Notes under the pieces: generated by a model
Database searches by the model: none
What the model was told of the DNA's origin: nothing
Seen by the model: the letters and a program-made list of their open reading frames with translations, nothing else
Translations under genes and position numbers: made by a program
Shown here: positions 45,773 to 55,744 of the stretch, piece by piece
Layout of the letters: the number at the start of each line of letters is the position of its first letter
How positions within the stretch are numbered: position 1 is the stretch's first letter
Source: Chitinophagaceae bacterium
GTDB lineage: Bacteria; Bacteroidota; Bacteroidia; Chitinophagales; Chitinophagaceae
Length of the DNA stretch: 64,000 nucleotides
NCBI GenBank assembly: GCA_019752045.1
Contig: JAIEMP010000008.1
Coordinates: forward strand, 72,676-136,675
Direction: 5' to 3'

Positions 45773-46540
45773 ATGCTTCAGCCCAACGGTACATGGATCA
45801 GTTATTTCCTCGTGATAGGTTTGCGGTATATTGTTATTGCCGGACTGGCTTTTTTGATCTGGTATATTTTTTTGAAGAACAGGATTTCGTTCAAAAAAAT
45901 TCAACATCGATTTCCTGTAAATAAAGATTACCAACGGGAAATTTTCTTTTCACTTTGCACCATGTTTCTGTTTGCATTTGTGCCCTGGTTTTTTCTAAGT
46001 CATGCAGAAATAAGAAAGCACACAACCTTTTACTACAACATCAACCAACACGGGCTATTGTATTTCTGGCTGGCTTTTCCTTTGATGTTGCTGATACATG
46101 ATACCTATTTTTACTGGATTCATCGGCTGATGCATCATCCAAAACTGTTTCGTGTATTTCATCTCATTCATCACAAGAGTACCAATCCATCTCCATGGGC
46201 CGCCTTTTCATTTCACCCGTTAGAAGCAATTCTGGAAGTAGGAATTCTTGTTGTACTCATTTATACCATTCCAGTAACCAAAGCACATTTGTTCTTTTTC
46301 TTTTTGTTTCAAATGTTTTATAATGTGTATGGCCATTTGGGTTGGGAATTGTTTCCAAAGAATTTTCAACGCACATGGATTGGCAAATGGATCAACACAT
46401 CGGTGAATCACAATCAACATCATCAATACTTTAAAGGAAACTATGGTTTGTATTTTCTGTTTTGGGATCGTTTGATGGGAACCATCCGAAGCGATTATGA
46501 TGAGCAGTACGATGAAGTGAAAAACAGAAAAGTCGCTTAA
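45773..46540 (+). CDS. Sterol desaturase / fatty-acid hydroxylase family protein
   Basis: His boxes HRLMHH, HLIHH, HLG, HNQHH; NYGLY. Confidence 0.92.
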   Translation: MLQPNGTWISYFLVIGLRYIVIAGLAFLIWYIFLKNRISFKKIQHRFPVNKDYQREIFFSLCTMFLFAFVPWFFLSHAEIRKHTTFYYNINQHGLLYFWLAFPLMLLIHDTYFYWIHRLMHHPKLFRVFHLIHHKSTNPSPWAAFSFHPLEAILEVGILVVLIYTIPVTKAHLFFFFLFQMFYNVYGHLGWELFPKNFQRTWIGKWINTSVNHNQHHQYFKGNYGLYFLFWDRLMGTIRSDYDEQYDEVKNRKVA

Positions 46541-46845
46541 TCGAATTTGTAAGAAAGTATGTTGAGATAGATAATACCCCCGCATTCTCTGTCGAAACTT
46601 TTATTATATTTTATTCTTTTTGGAAAAGTAAGCTTGCTGAGTTCATCATTGCTCATACCGGGCAGCGATTCAATGTGATAAGTTTTTGAATCATCCGATT
46701 CTAAAAAGATACCACCACAGCAGGCGCATAAACGGGGATCAAAACCGGTTAAAGTTCCGGAATCAGAATAAGTGATTGCAGTGTTCTTCTTTCTGCAACC
46801 ACCTATGCTGATCAATAGAAACAGGATGATGATTTTTATATTCAT
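46537..46845 (-). CDS. Hypothetical lipoprotein
   Basis: Lipobox IGGC; CACCGG motif. Confidence 0.65.
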   Translation of the reverse strand: MNIKIIILFLLISIGGCRKKNTAITYSDSGTLTGFDPRLCACCGGIFLESDDSKTYHIESLPGMSNDELSKLTFPKRIKYNKSFDRECGGIIYLNILSYKFD

Positions 46846-46857
46846 CTGTCAAATCAA

Positions 46858-47571
46858 TTAATTCCACACAGCGCCAAATACTTTTTTCAGAATCTCCGTT
46901 GTACGCTTAATGGGGTTTTCTCTGATCTCCAGTTCTTCTTTTGCAATCTGATCAAACAACGCTGCTGTTGCTTTTTCCACTACATAAGCGGTAAGATCAG
47001 GATTTACTTTGTTACGTGTTGTAGGAAAACTGTTGTATGTATTTACCAGATCGCCATAGTATTTTGTTGCCTCTACTTTATCCAGCGAATTTTTTACAAC
47101 AGGAGTAAATGCCTGCACCAACGCTGCAGTTGTTTTTTCTCTGAAATAATTGGTAGCTCCATCTTTTGGTCCACGGATAATATTGATGGCATCACGAATG
47201 CTCATTTGCTTAATGGCATCAATAAAAATGGGTTTGGCAAAGCCTACTGCATCTTCTGCTCCACGGTTGATTTGCAGAATAGCTTTATCAACTGTTTTTC
47301 CCAATCCAATCCGGCGCATGGTTGCTTCCACTTTTTGTACTTCCGGGGGCAGTAATAATTTATAAAACTGGTTGCCAAAAAAGCCATCTGTTTTATTGAG
47401 GTTAAACACAGCACGTGTAAGACCCTGGCCGAGTGCTTCTTTAATTCCCTGACCTGCTTCGGCTTCAGTAACCGGAGCACCGGGTATCTGTACTTTAGGC
47501 AATTGGCTCATCACTTCGCAGGATGAAAAAAACAGGGGGATTGATAATAACAGGAGGAAACGTTTGATCAT
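46858..47571 (-). CDS. DUF4197 lipoprotein
   Basis: FSSC lipobox; GIKEAL, INRGAEDA, ATNYFREKT, EELEIRENP. Confidence 0.9.
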   Translation of the reverse strand: MIKRFLLLLSIPLFFSSCEVMSQLPKVQIPGAPVTEAEAGQGIKEALGQGLTRAVFNLNKTDGFFGNQFYKLLLPPEVQKVEATMRRIGLGKTVDKAILQINRGAEDAVGFAKPIFIDAIKQMSIRDAINIIRGPKDGATNYFREKTTAALVQAFTPVVKNSLDKVEATKYYGDLVNTYNSFPTTRNKVNPDLTAYVVEKATAALFDQIAKEELEIRENPIKRTTEILKKVFGAVWN

Positions 47572-47737
47572 AAAGGGTTATTTAATTTATTAAACGGTTT
47601 TACAGCTAAAATAGTTGCATACACCGTGCCGAAGATACTGTCTTTGCTGGTCTGCTTCAGTTACGGTAAATTTGCGACCTGTTAAATTGAAGCATCAAAT
47701 AGAATATTGGTATGCTCCAATCAGACAATTATTTTAT

Positions 47738-49258
47738 ATGAGTACACATTTATCCGAACAAGAGATTATCAGAAGAGAGAAGTTAGCCGAGCTGAATAAA
47801 TTAGGTATTGATGCCTACCCTGCTCCATTGTATCCCGTTTCGCACCATTCAACTGCAATTAAAGCAGGGTTTAATGAAGAAACCAAGGAGCAATACAAAG
47901 AGGTTTGTATGGCGGGACGCATCATGAGTGTAAGAGATATGGGTAAAGCATGTTTTGCGGTTATTCAGGATAGCCATGGCCGTTTGCAGATTTATGTACG
48001 CAGAGATGATATTTGCCCCAGTGAAGACAAGACGCTATACGATGTAGTGTTTAAAAAATTATTAGACATAGGTGATATTATTGGTGTAAAAGGATTTGTG
48101 TTTACCACCAAAACAGGCGAAACAAGTTTGCACGTGCAAGAGTTAACAGTGCTCACCAAATCGTTAAAGCCACTGCCTGTGGTAAAAGAGGCCGAAGGCC
48201 AAACCTTTGATGCAGTTACAGATCCTGAATTCAAGTATCGTCAACGGTATGCCGATCTTATTATTAATCCGCAGGTGAAGGATGTGTTTGTAAAACGTAC
48301 ACTTTTAGTTAATACTATTCGGGAATATTTAAATGCACAAGGTGCATTAGAAGTAGATACACCGGTGCTGCAAACCATCCCCGGTGGTGCAGCAGCACGG
48401 CCATTCTCTACGCATCACAATGCATTGGATGTTCCTATGTACATGCGTATTGCCAATGAACTTTATTTAAAACGTTTGATCGTTGGCGGGTTCGATTGGG
48501 TGTATGAGTTCAGCCGCAACTTCCGTAACGAAGGTATGGACCGCACACATAATCCTGAGTTTACCATTCTTGAATGGTACACGGCTTACAAAGATTATTT
48601 CTGGATGATGAATGTAACAGAAAATCTGCTGGAGCAAATTGCCATTGCATTACACGGAACAACCGATGTAACAGTAGGTGACAGAACCATCAGCTTTAAA
48701 ACTCCCTTCAAACGCATTTCTATTTTTGATGCCATTAAAGAAAACACGGGCATTGATGTAAGTGAGCTGGATGAAGATGGACTGAGAGCCGTTTGTAAGC
48801 AATTGCACATACATGCCGATGCAACAATGGGCAAAGGAAAATTGATAGATGAACTCTTTAGTGAAACATCTGAAGCTAAATGTATACAACCAACATTTAT
48901 TATTGATTACCCGGTTGAAATGAGTCCGCTTACAAAAAAGCACCGCAGCAAAGCCGGACTGGTGGAGCGTTTTGAACTCATGATCAACGGTAAAGAAGTA
49001 GCCAATGCATACAGTGAGTTGAATGATCCCATTGATCAGCGTGACCGTTTTGAAGAACAGGTGAAATTGAAAGAGCGTGGGGATGATGAAGCCATGTTTA
49101 TTGATTATGATTTTTTACGATCACTCGAATATGGAATGCCGCCTACTGCCGGTATTGGTATCGGGATTGACAGGTTGTGTATGCTCATGACCAACCAGCC
49201 CAGTATTCAGGATGTGCTTTTATTTCCAATGATGCGACCGGAGCGGACGGAGGAATAA
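47738..49258 (+). CDS. lysS: Lysine--tRNA ligase (class II)
   Basis: YRQRYADL, RIANELYLKR, FRNEG, ERFEL, YGMPPTAGIGIGIDRL; start ATG 47738; -7 element TAAATTTG at 47667. Confidence 0.99.
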   Translation: MSTHLSEQEIIRREKLAELNKLGIDAYPAPLYPVSHHSTAIKAGFNEETKEQYKEVCMAGRIMSVRDMGKACFAVIQDSHGRLQIYVRRDDICPSEDKTLYDVVFKKLLDIGDIIGVKGFVFTTKTGETSLHVQELTVLTKSLKPLPVVKEAEGQTFDAVTDPEFKYRQRYADLIINPQVKDVFVKRTLLVNTIREYLNAQGALEVDTPVLQTIPGGAAARPFSTHHNALDVPMYMRIANELYLKRLIVGGFDWVYEFSRNFRNEGMDRTHNPEFTILEWYTAYKDYFWMMNVTENLLEQIAIALHGTTDVTVGDRTISFKTPFKRISIFDAIKENTGIDVSELDEDGLRAVCKQLHIHADATMGKGKLIDELFSETSEAKCIQPTFIIDYPVEMSPLTKKHRSKAGLVERFELMINGKEVANAYSELNDPIDQRDRFEEQVKLKERGDDEAMFIDYDFLRSLEYGMPPTAGIGIGIDRLCMLMTNQPSIQDVLLFPMMRPERTEE

Positions 49259-49288
49259 GTTGATAGAGTTAATTAAGGTGATAATGGA

Positions 49289-49315
49289 GCCGCAGTTGAA
49301 AGACTGCGGTTTTTT
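49289..49315 (+). terminator. lysS terminator
   Basis: gccgcagt-tgaaag-actgcggt-ttttt. Confidence 0.8.
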
Positions 49316-49330
49316 GCAGGAATAAGAAGC

Positions 49331-49366
49331 AGTACAAATTTATCATTCAAATGATAAATTTGTACT
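49331..49366. promoter_or_regulatory. Perfect 17-bp inverted repeat overlapping the promoter of the AAA gene
   Basis: agtacaaatttatcatt-ca-aatgataaatttgtact; contains TAAATTTG at 49355. Confidence 0.7.
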
Positions 49367-49376
49367 ACTTTTAAAT

Positions 49377-50528
49377 ATGGTTAAACGGGATGCAGAAAAG
49401 AAAGTAAGGCTTTTTGCAAAGCAATTCAGAGCATTGGCAATTGTTGGGCCGAGGCAATCGGGCAAAACCACGCTGGCAAAAACTATTTTTCCTAAAAAGC
49501 CATACATATCGCTTGAAGATCCTGATGAACGGTCGCTGGCATTGCAGGATACACGCTTTTTTCTCAGCCGTTTTAAAAACGGGGCTATCATTGACGAAGC
49601 GCAACGTGCTCCTGAATTATTTTCGTTTCTTCAATCAATTATAGACAAATCCGAAAAGAATGCACAGTTTATTTTAACTGGCAGTAACAATTTTCTGTTG
49701 CAGCAATCTATTTCGCAGTCACTGGCCGGCCGTATAGGTTATATTGATTTATTGCCATTTACACTTTCAGAAATTAAACAGTCAGGTACGATATTCAAGC
49801 AACCTGAAGAATGGATTCTAAAAGGATGTTACCCTGAAATTTATGACAGGAAAAGAAAGCCTGAAATATGGTATCCGTCGTATACACGCACTTATGCAGA
49901 GAGGGATGTACGTCAGTTAAAAAATATTGGCAATACCAATCAGTTTACAAAATTTCTTCGTTTATGTGCAGGGCGCACAGGACAATTACTTAACATTAAC
50001 GCATTAAGCATTGAAAGCGGGTTAGATATGCGAACAGTGCAGGCGTGGTTAAGTATTTTAGAAAGCAGTTATATTGTTTACCAACTACGGCCACATTCAA
50101 CAAACTATAATAAGCGGTTGGTGAAAACTTCTAAAATGTACTTTCATGATACAGGGTTAGCCTGCTCATTATTGGGTATTAAAACGCTGAAAGAGCTGGA
50201 ACTATCTCATTTTCGTGGGGCTTTGTTTGAAAATGCAGTAATAAATGAAATTCAAAAGCAAAATATAAACAGTATAAAAAGCAGCGAGTTGTTTTTTTGG
50301 CGTGATAATAAGGGGATAGAAATTGATTTACTGCTGCAAACAGGCGCTAAACAATTGCCTGTTGAAATCAAAGCAAGTCATACGTTTAATACCGAGTTTC
50401 TTAAAAATATTAATTACTGGAATGGTTTATCAGGGAACAAAACAGGTAAAGTCATTTATGGTGGTGTTAAAAGTTTTGAACTGCCGGGGAAAATGACTGT
50501 GCAAAGCTGGAAAGAAGTGACGGTTTAA
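49377..50528 (+). CDS. AAA_14 ATPase with DUF4143 (PD-(D/E)XK-like) C-terminus
   Basis: Walker A GPRQSGKTT, Walker B IIDEAQ, LTGS, K.YF.DTG, FENAV, EIDLL...PVEIK. Confidence 0.92.
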   Translation: MVKRDAEKKVRLFAKQFRALAIVGPRQSGKTTLAKTIFPKKPYISLEDPDERSLALQDTRFFLSRFKNGAIIDEAQRAPELFSFLQSIIDKSEKNAQFILTGSNNFLLQQSISQSLAGRIGYIDLLPFTLSEIKQSGTIFKQPEEWILKGCYPEIYDRKRKPEIWYPSYTRTYAERDVRQLKNIGNTNQFTKFLRLCAGRTGQLLNINALSIESGLDMRTVQAWLSILESSYIVYQLRPHSTNYNKRLVKTSKMYFHDTGLACSLLGIKTLKELELSHFRGALFENAVINEIQKQNINSIKSSELFFWRDNKGIEIDLLLQTGAKQLPVEIKASHTFNTEFLKNINYWNGLSGNKTGKVIYGGVKSFELPGKMTVQSWKEVTV

Positions 50529-50549
50529 GCACAGCAATTGATTTTATTC

Positions 50550-50639
50550 GATAGAGAGTGGATGTTAATGCTGGATCAACATTTTGTCCCGGATGTGCTT
50601 TTATTCCCTATGATGCGGCCGGAGAAGATGGATGATTAA
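50550..50639 (+). pseudogene. Decayed duplicate of the lysS 3' end (29 codons plus stop)
   Basis: DREWMLMLDQHFVPDVLLFPMMRPEKMDD* aligns without gaps to LysS DRLCMLMTNQPSIQDVLLFPMMRPERTEE*; 31/34 nt identity for 49210-49243 versus 50591-50624. Confidence 0.85.
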
Positions 50640-50660
50640 TTCTGAACAGATATATAATCT

Positions 50661-50692
50661 AAGCCATGGTTAAATCAACTGTGGCTTTTTTT
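50661..50692 (+). terminator. Terminator after the lysS remnant
   Basis: aagccatggtt...aactgtggctt-ttttt. Confidence 0.65.
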
Positions 50693-50762
50693 ATTCCATT
50701 CATACAAATCATACTAAGTCTATCTCTAAAAAAATTATCTTCATCCTATTAAATACATTCAC

Positions 50763-52895
50763 ATGAGAAGAACAGGAATTCTTGTTTTATTTTTATCAAT
50801 TGCATTGGCTGCAACAGCGCAGCAAAAAGATTTTACCATAGAGCAAATGCTCAAAGGCGCTCCGCATAAAGTAACCAAAGTACTCCCGCAGTTTGTAAAA
50901 TGGATTGATGACAAACAATTTGTATTGATTCGTGAGGGAAAACAATACCTGCACGATTGCAAAACAGGAAAAGAACAGGAGTATACAAACAAGGAAATGA
51001 CGATCCAGGTTGTAGTACCCGAGATCATCAGTAAGAACAACGACCTTTATCTTAAAATGGCCAATGAGGAAACACGGCTCACCAATAATAAAGATGTAGA
51101 AAAAAATCCTGTGCTTTCGCCCGATAAGCAATATGTTGCTTTTACACGTAACAACAATTTATTTACCATCCGTCTTAATGATAAAAAAGAAACCCAATTA
51201 ACAACAGATGGTACAGATGTGATTTTGAATGGCTATGCCAGTTGGGTATATTTTGAAGAAATTTTAGGAAGACCAACACGTTACAAATCTTTTTGGTGGA
51301 GCCCCGACAGTAAACATATTGCGTACATGCGGATGGATGAACACATGGTGCCGATGTTCCCGATTTACAGCGAAGAAGGACAGCATGGATTTATTGAACA
51401 AACACGCTATCCAAAAGCAGGCGATAAAAATCCCGAGGTAAAAGTTGGTGTTGTAAAACCCGAAGGTGGTGCAACGGTGTGGGCCGATTTTAATGAAAAA
51501 GACGATCAGTATTTCGGCATGCCTTACTGGAAACCCGATGGTAGTGCTTTATGGATTCAATGGATGCCACGTACACAGGATAATCTGAAAGTGTATGAAA
51601 TGAATCTTGCAGACGGCTCAAAGAAAGAAGTGTATGATGAAAAACAAAAAACATGGGTTGATCTGGATGACCAGGGCGATCGCATCACATTTTTACAGAA
51701 CGGGAAAAATTTTATCATACAAAGTGACGCAAGCGGCTGGAGTCATTTGTATCTGCATGATATGAGCGGCAAACGCATCAACGCCATCACCAGCGGTAAC
51801 TATACCGTAACAGCTGTAAACCGGATTGATGAAAAAAATCAAACCATTTATTTTACCTGCAGAAAAGATAACAGTGCAAGGTATGATCTGTATAAAGTAA
51901 AGTTGAATGGCACTGGCTTGCAACGTTTAACCTTTGGTGATTATACACACCGCAATATCAGGTTATCTCCCAATGCATCTTACTTCATCACCACACTTTC
52001 AAACAGCATTACTCCTGATGTAATGACGCTGGTGAATGGTAAAGGAAAAATAATTCGTGAATTAGGAAATGCTGTTGGTGAAGATTATTACAACAATGTT
52101 CTGGCTAAAACAGAAATGATCCGTGTAAAAAGCGAAGATGGAAAATATGATTTGCCCCTGCGGATCATCTGGCCAACCAACTTCAATAAAAACAGAACCT
52201 ATCCGGTGCTCATCAGTATCTATGGCGGTCCTAATGCAGGAACTGTATATGATGGGTGGCAATTAAATATGCAGCAGCAATGGTGGGCAAGGCAGGATTT
52301 AATTCAGGTGCAAATGGATCACCGGGCCAGTGGTCATTTTGGAAAGGAAGGCATCAATTATATGCACCGTAACTTGGGCTATTGGGAAATGAAAGACTGG
52401 ACAACCATTGTAAAATGGTTAATTGAAAATGCAAATGTTGACAAAAAGAAAGTGGCCATCAGCGGTTTCAGTTATGGTGGTTATATGAGTGCATATGCAT
52501 TAACATACGGTGCAGATTATTTTACACATGGTTTGGCAGGCGGCAGTGTTACCGACTGGAGCTTGTACGATACACATTACACCGAGCGTTTTATGGATAC
52601 ACCTGCAGAAAATCCGGAAGGATATAAAACCTCTTCTGTGTATTCTTATATTGATCAGTATAAAGGTATGCTTCGTATTTATCATGGCACCATGGATGAT
52701 AATGTACATGTGCAAAACAGTTTGCAGCTGGTAAAAAAATTACAGGAAAAGAAAAAACAATTTGAGTTTATGTTATATCCCGGCGGAAGGCATGGCTGGG
52801 GAGGAAATCAGCAATTGCATTCACAAAACGAAATTGCCCGGTTTATTTATAAGTATCTGTTGGAAAAAGAAATACCAAAAGACGTACTGCGGTAA
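50763..52895 (+). CDS. S9 family peptidase (DPP IV-like)
   Basis: YPKAG, GFSYGG nucleophile, HGTMDDNVH, YPGGRHG; signal peptide. Confidence 0.93.
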   Translation: MRRTGILVLFLSIALAATAQQKDFTIEQMLKGAPHKVTKVLPQFVKWIDDKQFVLIREGKQYLHDCKTGKEQEYTNKEMTIQVVVPEIISKNNDLYLKMANEETRLTNNKDVEKNPVLSPDKQYVAFTRNNNLFTIRLNDKKETQLTTDGTDVILNGYASWVYFEEILGRPTRYKSFWWSPDSKHIAYMRMDEHMVPMFPIYSEEGQHGFIEQTRYPKAGDKNPEVKVGVVKPEGGATVWADFNEKDDQYFGMPYWKPDGSALWIQWMPRTQDNLKVYEMNLADGSKKEVYDEKQKTWVDLDDQGDRITFLQNGKNFIIQSDASGWSHLYLHDMSGKRINAITSGNYTVTAVNRIDEKNQTIYFTCRKDNSARYDLYKVKLNGTGLQRLTFGDYTHRNIRLSPNASYFITTLSNSITPDVMTLVNGKGKIIRELGNAVGEDYYNNVLAKTEMIRVKSEDGKYDLPLRIIWPTNFNKNRTYPVLISIYGGPNAGTVYDGWQLNMQQQWWARQDLIQVQMDHRASGHFGKEGINYMHRNLGYWEMKDWTTIVKWLIENANVDKKKVAISGFSYGGYMSAYALTYGADYFTHGLAGGSVTDWSLYDTHYTERFMDTPAENPEGYKTSSVYSYIDQYKGMLRIYHGTMDDNVHVQNSLQLVKKLQEKKKQFEFMLYPGGRHGWGGNQQLHSQNEIARFIYKYLLEKEIPKDVLR

Positions 52896-52914
52896 ATGCA
52901 GCAGTTTTTTTAAG

Positions 52915-52947
52915 AATAAAGTGCCTCTGTAAAGGGGCATTTTATTT
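52915..52947 (+). terminator. Rho-independent terminator
   Basis: aataaagtgcctct...ggggcattttatt. Confidence 0.6.
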
Positions 52948-53048
52948 GCGGCGATATGTAAACGAAGAACTGTTAAGATACAGTTCTGTTCAAATATTTG
53001 CATTCGCAATATTTTAAGTGTAACTTAAGGAAACAAAACCCCAACGCT

Positions 53049-53426
53049 ATGAACAATAAAACGATTATCAGAATTGCCGTTATTGTTTATGCTATAGCCA
53101 TGGCAATGTTCGGCATCAACCATTTGCTACAGCCCGTTTACATTGGAAAAATTGTACCCGAATGGATGCCGGGCGATGGAGTGATCTGGTCTTATTTCAC
53201 AGGAGTTTGCTTAATCCTTGCTGCTATTGCTTTTGTGATCAACAAATTTGCAAAGCTTGCCGGCATTCTGTTAACGATTTTTCTACTGTTGATTGCCATT
53301 ACTGTACATCTGCCGCCTGTTTTTGAAGCTGACCATGGAATGCTGCGTGTACCGGCATTGGGATTATTGCAAAAAGATCTGGCCATTGCAGCGGGTGCTA
53401 TGCTGGTTGCGTTCAGAGGTCATTGA
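53049..53426 (+). CDS. DoxX-like membrane protein
   Basis: FGINH, VPEWMPG, KDLAIAAGA; four TM segments. Confidence 0.8.
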   Translation: MNNKTIIRIAVIVYAIAMAMFGINHLLQPVYIGKIVPEWMPGDGVIWSYFTGVCLILAAIAFVINKFAKLAGILLTIFLLLIAITVHLPPVFEADHGMLRVPALGLLQKDLAIAAGAMLVAFRGH

Positions 53427-53644
53427 GATGGATGTTTCATAAGTGCAAAGACAGTTCAAAAGACGGTCTTCTAAAAATCTATTGCTTTTTTTATCTGTAA
53501 TTTATCCAAGGGAGTATTACCAAAAAAAATCCTGATTTTTTTGCTCAAGTCTGGCTGTTGTAAACGGCCTGACTAAATCTTATGTGCACTCACCATCTCT
53601 GTTTCTCTGTGTTGAAAAATTATGAGCAAAACAAATATTCTTCA

Positions 53645-54466
53645 TCAATCAACAAATAAATCAGTAAATAATTTACCACCTGGTACTACACTGTACTTAT
53701 TTAAATCAGTTATACCTTCTGCAGCAAACACCTGTTCATCAATAAATAAATTGCCTGTGCATTCATTTGCCGGTTTGCTTAAAATAATATGAGCAGCATC
53801 GGCTAATACATCAACTGTACGGCTCATGTTGGCCAATGCTTCTCCGCCTAATAAATTTCTTACAGCTGCAGTATCAATAGTTGTTCTTGGCCATAGTGCG
53901 TTGGCAGCAATACCGTCTTTTTTTAATTCTTCGGCCCAGCCCAATGTCATCATGCTCATGTTGAACTTGGTAAGCGTGTATGCAATATGTCCCGCCAGCC
54001 ATTTGGGTTTTAAGTTAACGGGAGGAGAGAGAGTAAGGATATGCGGATTCTTTCCTTTTCGTAAATGCGGAATGCATGCTTTGGTCATTAAGAAAGTGCC
54101 ACGCACATTGATGCTATGCATCAAATCAAATCGTTTGACTTCGGTTTGTTCTGTTGTGGTTAATGAAATAGCAGAAGCATTGTTGATGAGAATATCAATA
54201 CCTCCAAATGTTGCAACGGTTTTTTCAACGGCAGCCTGTATCTGGTCTTCATAGCGGATGTCTAACTGAATGGCCAACCCTTTACCGCCTGCCGCTTCCA
54301 TTTCATTGGCAGCAGAAAAAATAGTGCCGCCGAGTTTTGGATTTTCTTCCACACTTTTAGCAGCTACAACTACATTGGCACCTTCTGCCGCTAATTTTAA
54401 TCCCATTGCTTTACCAATGCCTCTTGATGCACCGGTGATGAAAACTGTTTTTCCGTTGAATGACAT
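53645..54466 (-). CDS. Short-chain dehydrogenase (HSDL2-like)
   Basis: ITGASRGIG, NNASAI, YTLTK (YxxxK), NALWPRT. Confidence 0.92.
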   Translation of the reverse strand: MSFNGKTVFITGASRGIGKAMGLKLAAEGANVVVAAKSVEENPKLGGTIFSAANEMEAAGGKGLAIQLDIRYEDQIQAAVEKTVATFGGIDILINNASAISLTTTEQTEVKRFDLMHSINVRGTFLMTKACIPHLRKGKNPHILTLSPPVNLKPKWLAGHIAYTLTKFNMSMMTLGWAEELKKDGIAANALWPRTTIDTAAVRNLLGGEALANMSRTVDVLADAAHIILSKPANECTGNLFIDEQVFAAEGITDLNKYSVVPGGKLFTDLFVD

Positions 54467-54555
54467 AGAATTGTTTTAAGAAATGAAAGTTAATGAATGA
54501 TGTGCAAGAGGAGCAAAAGAATTTGTACTTTGTTGAACTTCAAACCAACGCTATC

Positions 54556-55743
54556 ATGAAATTGTATGCATTGATGATTGTTTTCGGATTAGTTGTCTCT
54601 TCTTCTTTTGCACAGGAAGATATACAAAAACAAATGCAGCGTCAGTTTGTAACTGCAACCGACAACTCTGTTATTGAATTGCCCGAAGGAACTTTTCAAC
54701 TCAACAGCAGTCTATGGCTGGATGGGAAAAAGAACATCGTTATTAAAGGAAAGGGAAAAGATAAAACCATACTCAACTTTAAAAACCAGATCAGCGGCGC
54801 AGAAGGAATCAAGATCACCAACTCAACAACCATTACACTGCAGGATCTTACTGTGCAGGATACCAAAGGCGATGCCATTAAAACACAGCATGTAAATGGA
54901 ATGATTTTTAAACAGGTAAAAGCAGAGTGGACAAGAGGCGCTCATAGTAAAAACGGCGGCTATGGTATCTATCCTGTGCAATGTATAAACGTGATCATTG
55001 ATGGTTGCGAAGCAAGAGGAGCAAGCGATGCCGGAATTTATGTAGGACAGAGCAAACACATTATGGTGAAGAATTGCAGAGCCACTGAAAATGTGGCCGG
55101 TATTGAAATTGAAAATTCGTTGTATGCTGATGTGTTTAACAATGAAGTAACCAATAACACAGGCGGTATTCTGATTTTTGACCTGCCCGATCTGATTGTA
55201 AAAAAAGGCGGTTATGTAAGGGTGTTTAAAAACAATGTGCATCATAACAACCATATCAATTTTGCACCAAGGGGAAACATTGTAGGTAAAGTGCCACAGG
55301 GAACCGGCATCATGATTCTTGCAACCAATCATGTAGATATTTTTGAAAACAGGATCATCAATAACAAAACGGTTGGTACGGCTATTGTGAGTTATTATAT
55401 TACAGAGAACCCAATTAAAGACTCAGTGTATTATCCTTTTCCCGCTGCAATTGCAGTGTTTAATAATCAGTACGAACGGCCGCAGACAAAAGCTACTATG
55501 AAAGGCAGGATGGGAAAACTGTATCGCTTAAAACTCCGCTTTGGAAAAAATGTACCGCATATTGTGTATGATGGAATTGTTGATAAGAAAAATCCTGCGC
55601 AAATCTGCATCAGAGATAACAGTAATCAGAGTTTTGCAAATATTGATGCAGAGAACAACTTCAAAAACATCAGCAGAGATGCGTCTAAACATCAATGTCA
55701 GTTGCCTTTGATTACTCCTGTTGAAATAAAACTAAATAACTGA
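54556..55743 (+). CDS. Secreted parallel beta-helix protein (TIGR03805-like)
   Basis: YGIYPV, GASDAGIYVGQS, NVAGIEIENS, NNTGGILIFDLP; signal peptide from ATG 54556. Confidence 0.88.
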   Translation: MKLYALMIVFGLVVSSSFAQEDIQKQMQRQFVTATDNSVIELPEGTFQLNSSLWLDGKKNIVIKGKGKDKTILNFKNQISGAEGIKITNSTTITLQDLTVQDTKGDAIKTQHVNGMIFKQVKAEWTRGAHSKNGGYGIYPVQCINVIIDGCEARGASDAGIYVGQSKHIMVKNCRATENVAGIEIENSLYADVFNNEVTNNTGGILIFDLPDLIVKKGGYVRVFKNNVHHNNHINFAPRGNIVGKVPQGTGIMILATNHVDIFENRIINNKTVGTAIVSYYITENPIKDSVYYPFPAAIAVFNNQYERPQTKATMKGRMGKLYRLKLRFGKNVPHIVYDGIVDKKNPAQICIRDNSNQSFANIDAENNFKNISRDASKHQCQLPLITPVEIKLNN

Positions 55744-55744
55744 G

